NCBI GenBank assembly: GCA_964016885.1
Contig: CAXHJY010001097.1
Coordinates: 124,001-188,000 of the forward strand
DNA from: Eledone cirrhosa
Lineage: Eukaryota
DNA: 64,000 nt
Direction: 5' to 3'
In this document: piece after piece, positions 13,748 to 27,064 of the stretch
How positions within the stretch are numbered: the stretch's first letter is position 1
How the letters are laid out: each line of letters starts with the position of its first letter
Translations under genes and position numbers: made by a program
The notes under the pieces: model-generated
Told to the model about the DNA's origin: nothing
The model's input: only the letters and a program-made list of their open reading frames with translations
Databases searched by the model: none

Positions 13748-14226
13748 ATATATAAACAACTATCTGGTTGTGGAACCAACCAACCAACCAGAAACTTATA
13801 AGTTTGTAGATTTGTAAATTTATAAATTTATAAATATATAATAAATTGAAGTGAAAGCAACTGGTGCGTGTGTTTCTTATTGGCAACATGACCCTCCCAA
13901 AGTATAACAATATCGGTTTCAACACACAATTTCAGATAAAGAATCTTGCTAAACAAATTCAGAAACGAAATATATATATATATATATATGTGTTAAACTG
14001 TTTATATACACGCATTATTCAACCTGCCCTTTGTTTTGAGGAAAAAGGCTTTAGTAAGTTGCCATGGTAGTAGCATCCTGAACCTTTTCCATGCCATGTT
14101 CACTCAGGCTGCTCTACTTTCAGAACCCCCCCCCCCCCTCCACTGATGATATCATCACCCAGGTAACAGAAGCTGTCTACCTCTTCTATGTGACCCACCA
14201 ACAGTTTGTTAGGGCTTGTTTCCTGT

Positions 14227-14432
14227 GAAGGCGTGTGGCTGAGTGGTTAGAGAATTGGATTCGCAATCGTGAGGTTGTGAGTTCGATTCACTGACCGGGT
14301 GATGCGTTAAGTCCTTGAGCAAGACATTTTATTTCACATTGCTCCTTCTACCTGGAGTTGTGACTGACAGATAGTATTAGCAATTGGAAAGACCAATGGA
14401 AACATTGTTTCCTCGGTCCAATTTGACGAAAG
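14227..14432 (+). mobile_element. tRNA-derived SINE
   Basis: A box TGGCTGAGTGG and B box GTTCGATTC. An inverted copy lies at ~19370-19565. Confidence 0.85.
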
Positions 14433-15421
14433 TCACTCGTTGCTTCCTGTGAATGTTTGCTGCTTACTGCTCCTGTGCAATGGCCACATGTAAAACGTAT
14501 ATTCTTAGCTAACTTACCTGAGATCCCACTACTTCTCTTGTGTACCCATTGTTTGTATTTTGGACAGAGAATGGAATTTCTACCTACACCTTTCTAGCAC
14601 ACAGAGCAAGGCGATTTTTCTGAGGGGATCAGGGCTCTGTTTTCCCTTCTACTGATAATTGGCTGGCTAACCCAGATCTAGTCCTCAACAAATGAAACAC
14701 TAGTGCAGTTGTAGGGGTACTCTAAGTGACATACAGTATTTCTCAGGCATATTTAAAAACCTGATGGAGCCCATCACCTCTCTCGTTTGAACAGAATTGA
14801 GATCTGAATAAAACTTCAAGTGAAATCTGATATTGTATGGATTCATATAGACTCATAACTCCTGGTCTAAACACAGCTGATTTCTCCCAGATAGAAAAGA
14901 AGTAAGAAAAAGATGTAGAGGAACAATTGACTCCTACTAATAAAAAGATGGAAGTTAAACTGGTGTTGACATGTCACCAGCAGAGGAGATAATAGCTATG
15001 TTAGAGAGTCCTATCAGAATGAATTTTTCACTAAACTGCCATAGAGCAGACTTCTCTAGAAATAGAAGGATGACATTTATAGAGCATGCTGGAATACCAC
15101 TGTTTGCATTGGAGAGAATTACTCTGGACAGGAAAGTTGATATCTACAGTTTACCAATATAGAAATATAAAATTTCCACTGTTAAATCTATCTCTGCTTC
15201 TTAAGTATTCTGTATTATCTCATACTGTTTCTTTCTTATTTCAGAATACCAGATGACATTGGGATAAATTATTATTTTCAATCTCGGATACATCACCTCT
15301 ATTTATCATCATTTGAAGACTATTAACTGAAATCACAGTTGAGGGAAATATAGAAGATATATTTTTTAGGAATATAATCTAAAAAATATTACAAGTATAT
15401 TCTGTTGGAGATGAAATTATT

Positions 15422-17200
15422 ATGGAATATAAATTGAGTGAAAAGGTTAAATGCGAAACACAATCGAAAATGTTTAGTATTCCTGGTGAGATGACAAAGG
15501 TTGGAGAAGAGAAACCATATCACTGCAATATCTGTGGTAAATCATTCAATATACGTAGTACCTTAACTACTCACAAAGTTATACATACAGGAGACAAACC
15601 ATATCACTGTAATATCTGTAGTAAATCAATCTCTGGGAAAAGTAGCCTAACTAGTCACAACCATTTACCTACAGGTGAGAAGCCATATCACTGTGATATC
15701 TGTGGTAAATCATTCACTAAAAGTAGTACCTTAACTACTCACAACCATTTACATACAGGTGAGAAGCCATATCACTGTGATATCTGTGGTAAAACATTCC
15801 CTCGAAGTGATGCATTAACTAAACACTTACGTACCCATACAGGAGACAAGCCATACCACTGTGACATCTGTGGTAAATCATTCTCTCAAAGTAGTCACTT
15901 AACTAGACATAAACTTATACATACAGGACAGAGGACATATCACTGTGATATCTGTGGTAAATCATTCAATAAAAGTAGTACCTTGACTACACACCTGCGT
16001 ATACATACAGGGTATATGTCATATCACTGTGATATCTGTGGTAAATCTTTCTCTGAGAGTAGTTCCTTAACTAGCCACAAACGTATGCATACAGGAGACA
16101 AGCCATACCACTGTGATATCTGTGGTAAATCATTCTCTGAGAGTAGTAAGTTAACTAGACACAAATATATACATACAGGAGAGAAGCCATACCACTGTGA
16201 TATCTGTGGTAAATCATTCTCTGATAGTAGTACCTTAACTAGACACAAACGTACCCATACAGGAGACAAGCCATATCACTGTGATATCTGTGGTAAATCA
16301 TTCTCATTAAGTAGTAAGTTAACTAGACACAAACATATGCATACAGGAGAGAAGCCATACCACTGTGATATCTGTGGTAAATCATTCTCTGATAGTAGTA
16401 CCTTAACTAGACACAAACGTACCCATACAGGAGACAAGCCATATCATTGTGATATCTGTGGTAAATCATTCTCATTAAGTAGTACCTTAACTAGCCACAA
16501 ACATATACATACAGGAGACAAGCCATATCGCTGTGATATCTGTGGTAAATCATTCTCTCGAAGTAGTCACTTAACTTCCCACAAACGTATACATACAGGA
16601 GACAAGCCATTTCACTGTGATATCTGTGGTAAATCATTCTCTCGAAGTAGTCACTTAACTTCCCACAAACGTATACATACAGGAGACAAGCCATATTGCT
16701 GTGATATCTGTGGTAAATCATTCTCCCGAAGTAGTCACTTGACTTCCCACAAACGTATACATACAGGAGACAAGCCATACCACTGTGATATCTGTGGTAA
16801 ATCATTCTCTGATAGTAGTACCTTAACTAAACACAAACATACCCATACAGGAGACAAGCCATACCACTGTGATAGCTGTGGTAAATCATTCTCTCAAAGT
16901 GGTCACTTAACTTTACACAAACGAATACATACAGGTGAGAAGCCATATCGCTGTGATATCTGTGGTAAATCATTCTCTGATAGTAGTACCTTAACTAAAC
17001 ACAAACATACCCATACAGGAGACAAGCCGTACCACTGTGATATCTGTGGTAAATCATTCTCTCAAAGTAGTACCTTAACTAGACACAAACATATACATAC
17101 AGGAGAGAAGCCATACCACTGTGATATCTGTGGTAAATCATTCTCTGGGGAAAGTAGCCTAACTACTCACAAACTCATACATGCAGAGGAGAAATCTTAA
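15422..17200 (+). CDS. Tandem C2H2 zinc-finger protein, 592 aa, 20 fingers (finger 2 has His->Pro), no recognisable effector domain
   Basis: Repeated [15 protein letters not shown]...HTG(E/D)KP units in an intact ORF. Splice acceptor at 15244 and AATAAA at ~18106. Confidence 0.95.
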   Translation: MEYKLSEKVKCETQSKMFSIPGEMTKVGEEKPYHCNICGKSFNIRSTLTTHKVIHTGDKPYHCNICSKSISGKSSLTSHNHLPTGEKPYHCDICGKSFTKSSTLTTHNHLHTGEKPYHCDICGKTFPRSDALTKHLRTHTGDKPYHCDICGKSFSQSSHLTRHKLIHTGQRTYHCDICGKSFNKSSTLTTHLRIHTGYMSYHCDICGKSFSESSSLTSHKRMHTGDKPYHCDICGKSFSESSKLTRHKYIHTGEKPYHCDICGKSFSDSSTLTRHKRTHTGDKPYHCDICGKSFSLSSKLTRHKHMHTGEKPYHCDICGKSFSDSSTLTRHKRTHTGDKPYHCDICGKSFSLSSTLTSHKHIHTGDKPYRCDICGKSFSRSSHLTSHKRIHTGDKPFHCDICGKSFSRSSHLTSHKRIHTGDKPYCCDICGKSFSRSSHLTSHKRIHTGDKPYHCDICGKSFSDSSTLTKHKHTHTGDKPYHCDSCGKSFSQSGHLTLHKRIHTGEKPYRCDICGKSFSDSSTLTKHKHTHTGDKPYHCDICGKSFSQSSTLTRHKHIHTGEKPYHCDICGKSFSGESSLTTHKLIHAEEKS

Positions 17201-18070
17201 CGAATTGACATCAGTGATAAATCCTCGCAAAATTGTGAATTAATGAGAATACAAATATATATCAGTGTAATATCTATGGTAAATCATTCTCTTTCAATGC
17301 TACATTAACACAAATATATACAGGTGGGAAGCCATATCACTTTGATATGTTTGGAAAATATATCTTTTAATGCAGCAATTTAACTAAATATATGCATAGA
17401 TGAGGGAAAACATATCATCATCATCATCATCATTTTACGTCTGCTTTTCCCTGCTTGCAAGGGTGGGATGAGTCCTATTCAACACAGCATCTCTCCACTT
17501 GTCACGGTCCTTTGTCATATACACCGTGAGCCCATGTAAATCATTTTCTAATTTTGGTTTCACTAGACACTAACATACAGGAGAAGAACTATATCACTGT
17601 GATGTCTGTGGTAAATCCTTCTCTATATGTTTTGGTTTCACTAAACACTAACATACAGGAGAGGAACCATATCACTGTGATAAATCATTCTCTAAATGTT
17701 GTGGTTTAACTAGACACTAATATACAGGAGAGGAACCATATCACTGTGATGTCTGTAGTAAATCATTCTCTAAATGTTGTGGCTTCACTACACACTAATA
17801 TACAGGAAAGGAACCATATCCCTGTGATGTCTGTGATAAATCATACTCTAAATGTTGTGGCCTGCCTACACACTAACATATACAGGAGAGGAACCATATC
17901 CCTGTGGTGTCTGTGATAAATCATTCTCTAAATGTTGTGACTTCACTACACACTAACATATACAGGAGAGGAACCATATCATTGTGGTGTCTGTGGTAAA
18001 TAATTCTCTTGTAAATGTTACTTGATGCAACACAAACACAATCAGACAAGGTAAAAACCATGTCACTCAC
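17201..18070 (+). pseudogene. Degenerate zinc-finger repeats in the 3' UTR (78-80-bp units)
   Basis: ACAGGAGAGGAACCATATCACTGTGATGTCTGTGGTAAATC repeats with stops and indels, interrupted by an RTE 3' fragment at ~17415-17535. Confidence 0.85.
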
Positions 18071-18274
18071 CTAAAATACTGCCACCAATGTTGTTAATAT
18101 CTTGAATAAAACTGTTTTACTAAGAAATTCTTCTTCTTTCATTTTATTTGTAGAAGTTGTAACCAAGACTTGTGCTGACTAAACTGTATTGTTCAGAATT
18201 GACATATGCTATATGTGAATGTATGTGTGTAGAAATTTGTGTCCATGTATATGTTTGTATATAAGTATGTGCAT

Positions 18275-18612
18275 ATCATCATCATCATCATTTTGTGTCC
18301 GCTTTTCCCTGCTTGCAAGGGTGGGACTGAATTGATTCTGGCTTGATTTCTACAGCTGGATGCCCTTCCTAACACCAACCTCATTTACAGTGAATGCTGG
18401 GTGCTTTTTGCCGTGGCACCACCACGACCACTTTGCAGTGGAATGATAGGAACCCCAGTCCCTATCATCTCATTTCTTCAGCTGAATAAACTGGAGCAAT
18501 GTGAAATAAAGTGTCTTGCTCAAGGAAACAACACATCACACAGTCTGAGAATTGAACTCACAACCTTTCGATTGCAAGGCCAATGCTCTAACCACTAAGA
18601 CATGTGCCTCCA
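18275..18612 (-). mobile_element. tRNA-head SINE with an RTE-derived 3' tail
   Basis: Same family as 31680-32020(-) and 51609-51938(+), with a (CAT)n tail. Confidence 0.85.
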
Positions 18613-18664
18613 CTGTGCATATCTGTATTTGATTTATTTATTATGTATGTGTGTATATGTACGT

Positions 18665-19175
18665 CATCTTCATCAACATCATCACTGTTTTTATGTTCGT
18701 TTTTCTATGCTTCCTTGGGCTGGACATGTCCTTCTCAACATGGCATCTTTCAACTTGTCGTGTTCCTTTGTCATCTCCTCTCTGAGAGTCAGTTCACACA
18801 GCCTCTGTCCAGGTCTTTCTTGGTGTACCTCTACTATGGCTTCTTTCTACTGTGATATCCTGGCACTTCTTCACCCAGCTGTCATTATCCATGTGTATCA
18901 CATGTCCGTACCAATCCAGTCTTCTCTCTTACACATCTCATAAGATCCCTCTTAAACCCAGCTTCTCCCTCAATTTGTCCAAGCTCTGCCTTTCTCTCAC
19001 ACTTAAATGGCACATCCAATGTATCATGGTTGCTTCATTCCTCTCCAGTCTACACTTTTTTTCTACTGTCACAGCCCTTGTTTCACTACCATGCAGCATC
19101 ATATTTTATTGGCAGGTGTTATACAGTCATCCTCCACTGCTAATTAAGTCACAGAAGCTATCAACCACTTCTATG
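18665..19175 (-). mobile_element. Old RTE-LINE 3' fragment
   Basis: Similar to the C-terminal coding region of other RTE copies. Confidence 0.7.
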
Positions 19176-19586
19176 TGTGTATAATTACAAGTGTATCTTT
19201 ATGTGTTTGTGTATATATGTGTATACATCTGCATAGATTTGCAGTATATGATACAGCCGGGAGAACATCTCATATTATCGGGGTCCTTCTAGCAGATCCA
19301 GCAAGTGACACATATATATTATATATATATGTATAATATATATATATACATATATCGTCAGTCGATCGACTTTCGTCAAATTGGACTGAAGAAACAATGT
19401 TTCCATTGGTCTTTCCAATTGCTAATACTATCTATTGGTCACAACTCCAGGTAGAAGGAGCAACGTGAAGTAAAGTGTCTTGCTCAAGGACATAACACAT
19501 CACCCGGTCCGAGAATTGAACTCACAACCTTTTAATTACAAGCCCAATGCTCTAACCACTAAGCTATATATATTATATATATATTA

Positions 19587-19757
19587 CTAGCCGAATGTGC
19601 TGGAGATCGCTAAATCGCCTAATGCGGTCCCTAGGGCATTGAAAATTTGAAATTTTTCTCCTCAAAACACTCACAGGACTATAAATATTACATGTCTAAA
19701 GTTTAAAGACAATCGGTTGGGTGGTTCTTCAGTTTTAGGCATTCTCTATTTTAGATA
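19587..19757 (-). mobile_element. Short non-autonomous Helitron-like element
   Basis: Begins ACTAG (reverse of CTAG-T). Shares GCCTAATGCGG.CCCTAGGGCA and CGGTTGGGT with 4200-4340 in reverse. Confidence 0.5.
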
Positions 19758-20258
19758 TCATCATCATCCTCATCACTGTTTTACGTCCGTTCTTCCACGT
19801 TAGCATGGGTTAGACAGGTTGTCCTGTTCTGGGCAGTGTCTGGTTGGCTGACCATTCCTTGCTCATAAAGGAACTGATTTGGCTTGATTTCTACAGCTGG
19901 ATGCCCTTCCTAACACCAACCTCATTCACAGTGAGTGCTGGGTGCTTTTTCGTGTCGCCTACACGTCCACTTTACAGTGTTAGCTGGTTGCTTTTTTGCC
20001 GTGGCACCTCCACGACCACCTTGCAGTGGGCGGTGAGGGGGCATATTGTCTGAGAGGTGTAATTGGGTAAGGTCGGCTTTTATTACCTCATCCTAGGTCT
20101 TCTTGGGTCTCCCCACTCCGCGGATTCCATCGACTTCTAGTGCTCTGCACCTTTTTATGCAGTTGTCATCCTTCATACGCATCACATGTCCATACCAATG
20201 CAACCACCTCTCCTGCACACAGCATTTGATTCCTCTGATGCTCAGTCTGTCTCTCAGA
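19757..20258 (-). mobile_element. RTE-LINE 3' fragment
   Basis: Near-duplicate of 20312-20850. Confidence 0.85.
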
Positions 20259-20311
20259 TATATATAGATATATATATTATATTATATATATATATATGTT
20301 ATATATATTAT

Positions 20312-23300
20312 ATCATCATCATAACCATTTTACCTCCGTTCTTCCACGCTAGCATGGGTTAGACGGGTTGTCCTGTTGTGGGCAGTGTCTGGTTGGCTGT
20401 CCATGCATTGCTCATACAGGAACTGATTTGGCTTGATTTCTACAGCTGGATGCCCTTCCTAACACCAACCTCATTTACAGTGAGTGCTGGGTGCTTTTCG
20501 TGGCGCCTACACGTCCACTTTATAGTGTGGGCTGGGTGCTTTTTTGCCGTCGCACCTCCACGACCACCTTGCAGTGGGGGGTGAGGGGGCATATTGTCTA
20601 TATGCTTCAGCTTGTACCCATGGGAGGTCGGGTACTCTGTATTACTGCGTGACGCCAGAAGTCATGGTCGTGTGTCATTGCCTTTGAGAGGTGTAATTGA
20701 GTAAGGTCGGCTTTTATCACCTCATCCCAGGTCATCTTGGGTCTCCCCACTCCGCGGTTTCCATCAACTTCTAGTGCTCTGTACCTTTTTATGCAGCTGT
20801 CATCCTTCATACGCATCACATGTCCATACCAGTGCAACCGCCTCTTATGCTCAGTCTCTCTCTCAATTCATTTATGCTTTGTCGTTATTATTACTGTTAC
20901 ACATCCATCGGAGAATGCAGGCTTCGTTTCTCTCTAATCTACGTAAGTCTTTCACCTTCAGCGCCCAGGTCTCACTACCATGCAACATTGCTGTTCGGAT
21001 ACACGCATCATACAGTCTGCCTTTCATTCTGAGGGAGAAGCCTTTTGCAGCTAGCAGTGGCAGTAGTTCCCTAAACTTCTTCCATCCCGTTCTTACTCTA
21101 GTTATTGTACTTTCTGCACACCCACCTCCGCTGCTAATTTGGTCACCTAGGTAGCAGAAGCTATCTACTGTTTCTACAGAGCCCTCCCAGAGATTGGTGG
21201 TACTTGTTTCCTGTGGCTGTTTGCTGCTTGCTGTCTCAGCACAGCTGCTGCATGTGAAGCCTACATTCTTAATTAAGCTTCCTGAGATCCCGCTACATCT
21301 CTTGTGTACCCCTTGTTTGCATTTGGGGCAGAGAATGGAGTTCCTACCTACACCTTTCCTACATACTGAGCAAGGCCATTTCCCTGAGGGGATCTGGGTT
21401 CTGTTTTCTCATCTACTTACAAGGACCTTAGTTTTTGTCATGTTGACTTTGAGACGCGTTCTTTCTAGTCCCTGCTTCCAAGTTTGGAATTTATTCTCTA
21501 GTTCTACCATAGATTCAGCTATGAGTTTGAGGTCATCAGCATACAGGAGTTCCCTTGGGCATCCGGTCTAAAACTTCTCCGTTATTGCCTGCAGGAATAT
21601 GATGAACAGGAGGGGGCTAAGAACAGAGCCCTGGTGGACCCCAACCTATACCCTAAATTCCTCGCTATACTCATTGCCAATCCTAACTTTGCTGACTGCT
21701 CCCCTGTACATGGCTTGTACCGCTTTCACAAGCCATTCATCTACTCCTAGTTTTCTAAGAGCCCACCAGATTACAGCAGGTGGAACTCTGTCAAAGGCTT
21801 TCTCAAGGTCGACAAATGCCAAGTAGAGTGGCTTACTTTTAGCTAGGTACTTTTCCTGTAATTGCCTCACAACGAAAAGGGCATCACTGGTGCCTCTTCC
21901 TGGTACAAACCCAAATTGCATCTCGTCTATTTCCACCCGGTCCCTAATCAACTGTGCTATAACTCTTTCTGTTACTTTCATGACCTGGTCCATCAACTTC
22001 ATACCTCTATAGTTTCCTCTATCTAGTGCATCGCCTTTACCTTTGTAGCAGTTGACAATGATGCTACTGCACCAATCTTTTGGTACGACACCTAGTATTA
22101 CCTGGTTAACAATACGTGTGGTTATAGTGTGACCTACAGACCCAGATGCCTTCAGCATCTCGGCAGCTATACCCGATGGACCGGTTGCCTTCCCCATCTT
22201 CATATCTTCGATTGCCTTACTTAGTACATTGCTGCTGACTTGTACTGCTGGTCCCTCTATAGGGTCTACTTGGGGTAGGGTCTCTTCTTCCCATGCATTC
22301 TCCTCATTTAGTAATCTATCATAATGATTCTTCCATGCATCTTTCTTCTCAGCACTTGTGAGGGCAAGCTCACCTTTATCATTCCGGATACACTTCTCTC
22401 CAATGACATCACAACTATCTCTGACACACTGCCTCGCAATCTTGAATACCTCCTGTTTCTGGTCCTCACGTTGCAAAACATGCTTGAATTTTCTATCCTC
22501 TGCTTCCATCCTAGCTAAGTATACTTGTCGCCTAGCTTCCCTCTTGGTCTCTATGTAATGTACCCTGCTCCCCCCGTTCTTCCATTCTTTCCATGCCTGT
22601 CTCTTGACCTTAACTGCTTCATCTACCTTATTGTTCCACCACCAAGTCACTCTCCTCCTGCTTGAGGTCTTACTCCAGCCACAGACCTCATCCGTTGCCT
22701 CTAGTAAATTATTTTTTAGGAACTCCCAGTTCTCTTCTACATTAAATGTCTCTATCTGTTCTTCTTTACTGTCATAGGCGTTGAGTAAAATATCTTTAAA
22801 TCTGTTACTGGTTGAGGGGACTTTCAGCTTCCAGATCTATCTTCTCCAGGTTGGCCTCTGTTTCCAGGTTCGTCTAGTTCTGACCATGAGGTCGCTGACA
22901 ACTAAGCTATGTTGGGATGTACATTCCTCAATAGGGAAGGCTTTTGTGTTTACGACCGTCCATCTGTCACGTCCTCTGATGAGGATAAAATCTATCTGAC
23001 TGGAGTGCTCCCCTGATCTATAGGTGATCAGGTGGTTGTCGGGTTTTTTAAAGTTTGTGTTGCATATCGACATGTCATTGGCGTTGCAGAATTCTAGAAG
23101 TCTGAATCCATCCTCATTTCTTGTGCCAACCCCATGGCCTCCATGTACTCTATTGAAGCCGTCGGAGTGTTTACCTACGTGTCCGTTAAAATCTCCTGCG
23201 ATGATTAGGAAGTCATTGTCGTCTGTTAGAGCAGTAGTGTGCATTAGGGACTCATAAAACCTATCCTTAAGTTTGTCTGGCAGCCCCGATTGGGGTGCGT

Positions 23301-23580
23301 AAGCTGATATTATTGTGGTAATTGTTTTATTCAGGACTAGTCTGAGTTTAATGATTCTTGCATTTACCCTGTACACTGAGATTAATTTATCTACCCACTT
23401 GTCAGCTAGTAGTATACCTACACCACCCATGCCATCGTCATTTCCCACCCAGAAAAATTTGTAGCACCCACTTTTTCCTACCAGGACTCAGGTAGACTCT
23501 CCTCTCCATCTAGTCTCTTGCACACAGCATACATCAATTTCCTTTCGCTCTAGCATTTCTACGATTTCTCCTGCTCTTCG
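20312..23580 (-). mobile_element. RTE-LINE, long degenerate copy (APE endonuclease + RT + PHD)
   Basis: ORFs 22837-23448 (SAYAPQ, AGDFNGHVG, QIDFIL, SQH), 21646-22650 (RT) and 20607-20837, with a (CAT)n tail. Confidence 0.95.
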
Positions 23581-23906
23581 TATATGAAATATATATATTA
23601 TATATATATATATATGTTAAATATATATATTATATATAATATATATATATTATATATATATCAACCCATACTATAAAGTGGACATGTCGGCACCACGGAA
23701 GAAAAGTACCCAGCTCTCAGTGTAAATAAGGTTGGTGTTAGGAAGGGCATCCAGCTGTAGAAATCAAGGCAGAATCAGTTCCCGTATGAGCAAAACAAGG
23801 TCAACCAACCGGACACTGCCCACAACAGGACAACCCGTCTAACCCATGCTAGCATAGAAGAACGGACGGAAAACAGTGATGATGATTATATATATATATA
23901 TATATA

Positions 23907-24838
23907 TCATCATCATCATCATTTTTCGTTCGCTTTTCCCTGCTTGCAAGGGTGGGACGGGTCTTATTCAGCACAGCATCTCTCCACTCGTCACGGTCCT
24001 TCGTCATCTCCACCGTGAGCTTCAATCATCTGAGGTCTGTTCTCACCACCTCCGCCCATGTTTTTTGTGGTCTACCTCTACCACGTCTTCCTTCAACTGG
24101 CATTTCCTGGCACTTCTTCACCCATCGGTCATCCTCCATGCGCATCACATATCCATACCACCTCAGTCTTCTCTCCCGTACACTAAATTCTATCCCTCTC
24201 AGACACAGTTTCTCTCTCAACACATTCATGCTGAGTCGTTCACGCACATTTACACTGCACATCCAACGGAGCACGCTTGCCTCATTTCTCTCCAGCCGTC
24301 ACATATCCTCTGCAATTGCTGCCCATGTCTCACTACCATGCAGCATCGCGCTCCTCACACAGGCATCATACAACCGGCCTTTCGTATGCAGGGAGAAACC
24401 CTTCTTCGTCAGCAGAGGAAGCAGCTCCCTAAACTTCTTCCAACCCGTCCTTATTCTAGATACTATTGCCTCGGAACACCCTCATCCCATCCTAATCTGA
24501 TCTAGGTACCGGAAGCTATCCACCACTTCTATAGCGCCCTCCTGCATTTGAAAAATGTGTCTATCAATGCGACTTCTACTGTCTAATTTCCCTGTACATC
24601 TACTGCATACATATTTCTCCATACCTGTTAGTTTGCCTGCTATCCCGCTACATCTCTTGTGTACCCAGGAACTGCATTGTGTGCATTTTATAGAATTTAT
24701 GCCAGTTCCTTTTCTGCATATCGAACATGGCCATTTCCCTGACGGAATCAGGGTTTTGTCCTCTTTTCTACTCATCAACACTTTTGTCTTAGCTAGGTTC
24801 ACTCTCAGTCCTCTTGCTTCCAACTGCTGTTTCCATCG
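23907..24838 (-). mobile_element. RTE-LINE 3' fragment
   Basis: ORFs 24482-24823 (PHD) and 24026-24274, same subfamily as 10735-12170. Confidence 0.92.
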
Positions 24839-25364
24839 TTTTAATATCTGCTTACCTTGCTAGTAAGGGATAGATGAGTATAGATAGACTAAATCAGTAC
24901 TGATGCATGGCTGCTGACCTTCCAGGATGGTTAGGAGTCTGTTATCTCTCTTATGTATGATCTCACATACTATCAAGTGCACAGGAGAGGTTGTCATGTC
25001 TTTAACACAAGTGAAGGGTCCTCCCAGTACTTTGTATGGCAATATTTCTATGGCTGGATACCCTTCCTAGCACCAACTTTATAGCATGGAGTGGGTGTGT
25101 TTATCTTGTAGATCACCAACACTAGGAACATTGTCCTGTCTTTGACACCACTGCAGGGTCCTCTTCACCTGTCTCCTGTCTTTTTCCATGGAGATGAGAA
25201 CACTAAAGTGGTGGGGGTGGCACTTACCAATGTCAGAAACGGGGAGGTGTAGTGATGGAGAGAATAGCAGAGTGATAGGGAAGGGGGCATGGTAGCTACT
25301 AAGTTGTGATAGTGAAGGGTTCTAAGGGTTTATAGTGGAGGAGACTGAAGCTAAGGGATAAATA

Positions 25365-25960
25365 CTAGAAGGAGGTGGCATGGATGGAGTGGGGGTAATT
25401 AGTGGAGATGAGGGGAGCTGCTCGGGAGTACTAGTGGAGGGGGGGCATTTAGTGGAGATGAGGGGAGCTGCTAGGGAGTACTAGTGGAGGGGGGCATGGA
25501 TGGAGTGGGGGTAATTAGTGGAGATGAGGAGAGCTGCTAGGGAGTACTAGTGGAGGGGGCATGGATGGAGTGGGGGTATTTAGTGGAGATGAGGAGAGCT
25601 GCTAGGGAGTACTAGTGGAGGGGGCATGGAAGGAGTGGGGGTATTTAGTGGAGATGAGGAGAGCTGCTAGGGAGTACTAGTGGAGGGGGCATGGATGGAG
25701 TGGGGGTAATTAGTGGAGATGAGAGTTGCTAGGGAGTACTAGTGGAGGGGGCATGGATGGAGTGGGGGTATTTATTGGAGATGAGGGGAGCTGCTAGGGA
25801 GTACTAGAGGAGGTGGGCATGGATGGAGTGGGGGTATTTAGTGGAGATGAGGAGAGCTGCTAGGGAGTACTAGTGGAGGTGGGCATGGATGGAGTGGGGG
25901 TATTTAGTGGTGATGAGGAGAGCTGCTAGGGAGTACTAGTGGAGGGGCATGGATGGAGTA
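25365..25960. repeat. G-rich minisatellite, ~62-66-bp unit, ~9 copies
   Basis: GGCATGGATGGAGTGGGGGTA(A/T)TTAGTGGAGATGAGGAGAGCTGCTAGGGAGTACTAGTGGAGGG repeats. Confidence 0.93.
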
Positions 25961-26104
25961 CATAACAGTGAGGGGAGTGTCTACTAGATTGTGAACTGTG
26001 AGGGATTCTAGAGGTTTTGAAGGGGCCAGCAGATAAGGAGTGGGGGTGGTGTAGTGAGAAATACCTGTGAGGGAGTGCTAGGGAGAGGGAAGATAAGGAG
26101 ATAG

Positions 26105-26620
26105 ATCAGGTCACACTGTATGCTGTTGACCAGGTCTTCACTATCATATCATAGTGCCAGCCCTTGTGGTCCTTTGTCATTTCTGTTGTGAGGTCTTTTA
26201 AGGTCTTCACACACTCATCCCATGTCTTCCTGGGTCTGCCTCTTCCAATGGTCCTAACCACATCAGTTTTTCTCCATTTCTTTATGCAGCTGCTATCTTT
26301 CAAACACATCACATGTCCATACTAACGTAGTCTTCTCTCTAGCACACTACATCTACTTTCTCTTATACCAACTTATTCCCTCAGTTTCCTAATGCTCCTC
26401 ATCCACCAGAGCATACATATATATAACACCAACACCTCCTCTACCTTCTGAGTCTCTATATCTTCTTCTTTACTGTGAAAAGTGTCAAACAAAATATCTC
26501 TAAATTTGTTACTGGCTGAGGGCTCCTTTATCTTCCATATTCTTCTTCTCCAGGTTGCCCTCTGTCTCTGAGTACCTCTAGACATAACTATAAAGTCACT
26601 AACTACTAGGTTACACACTC
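26105..26620 (-). mobile_element. Decayed RTE-LINE fragments
   Basis: GRGRPRKTW and RRRIWKIKEP motifs. Confidence 0.8.
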
Positions 26621-27064
26621 ATGTCTCAGGTATGTTTTTACCTTCCTCTATACCCACTCTACTTCTTCACATCAATAGACTACTCCCTTTATTTGTGGTC
26701 TCAGCACCGTGGACTTTCATCATCATAATCATCATCATCACTGTTTAACGTCCATTTTTCCATGCTAGCATGGGTTAGATGAGTTGTCCTATTGTGAGAC
26801 AATTCAGATCAAATGACCGTGTCTTGGTTTCCATGACTGGATGCCCTTCATAACGCCAACTACTTTGCAGTGTGTACTGGGTGCTTTCTGCAGTATCACC
26901 AAAATGACTACTTTACAGTGTGGACTAGGCCCTATTTGTTGTGGCACCAACATGACTACTTTACAGTGTGGACTGCACGTTTTGTTCTCCTTCTTGCACT
27001 TGCAGTAAAAGCAGGCACGAAATATCGCAGCAGATACAGTAAAAGCGTTCAAATATAAGAACGT

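Larger units (their letters stand above)
12737..13908 (+). mobile_element. 5'-truncated Penelope-like element with an inverted pLTR segment
   Basis: GIY-YIG ORF, a downstream hammerhead, and 12737-12828 is the reverse complement of ~13816-13908. Confidence 0.9.

Noticed and set aside
14227-14300. tRNA gene
   Set aside because: A/B boxes continue into a SINE body, no clean cloverleaf, and multiple diverged copies exist.
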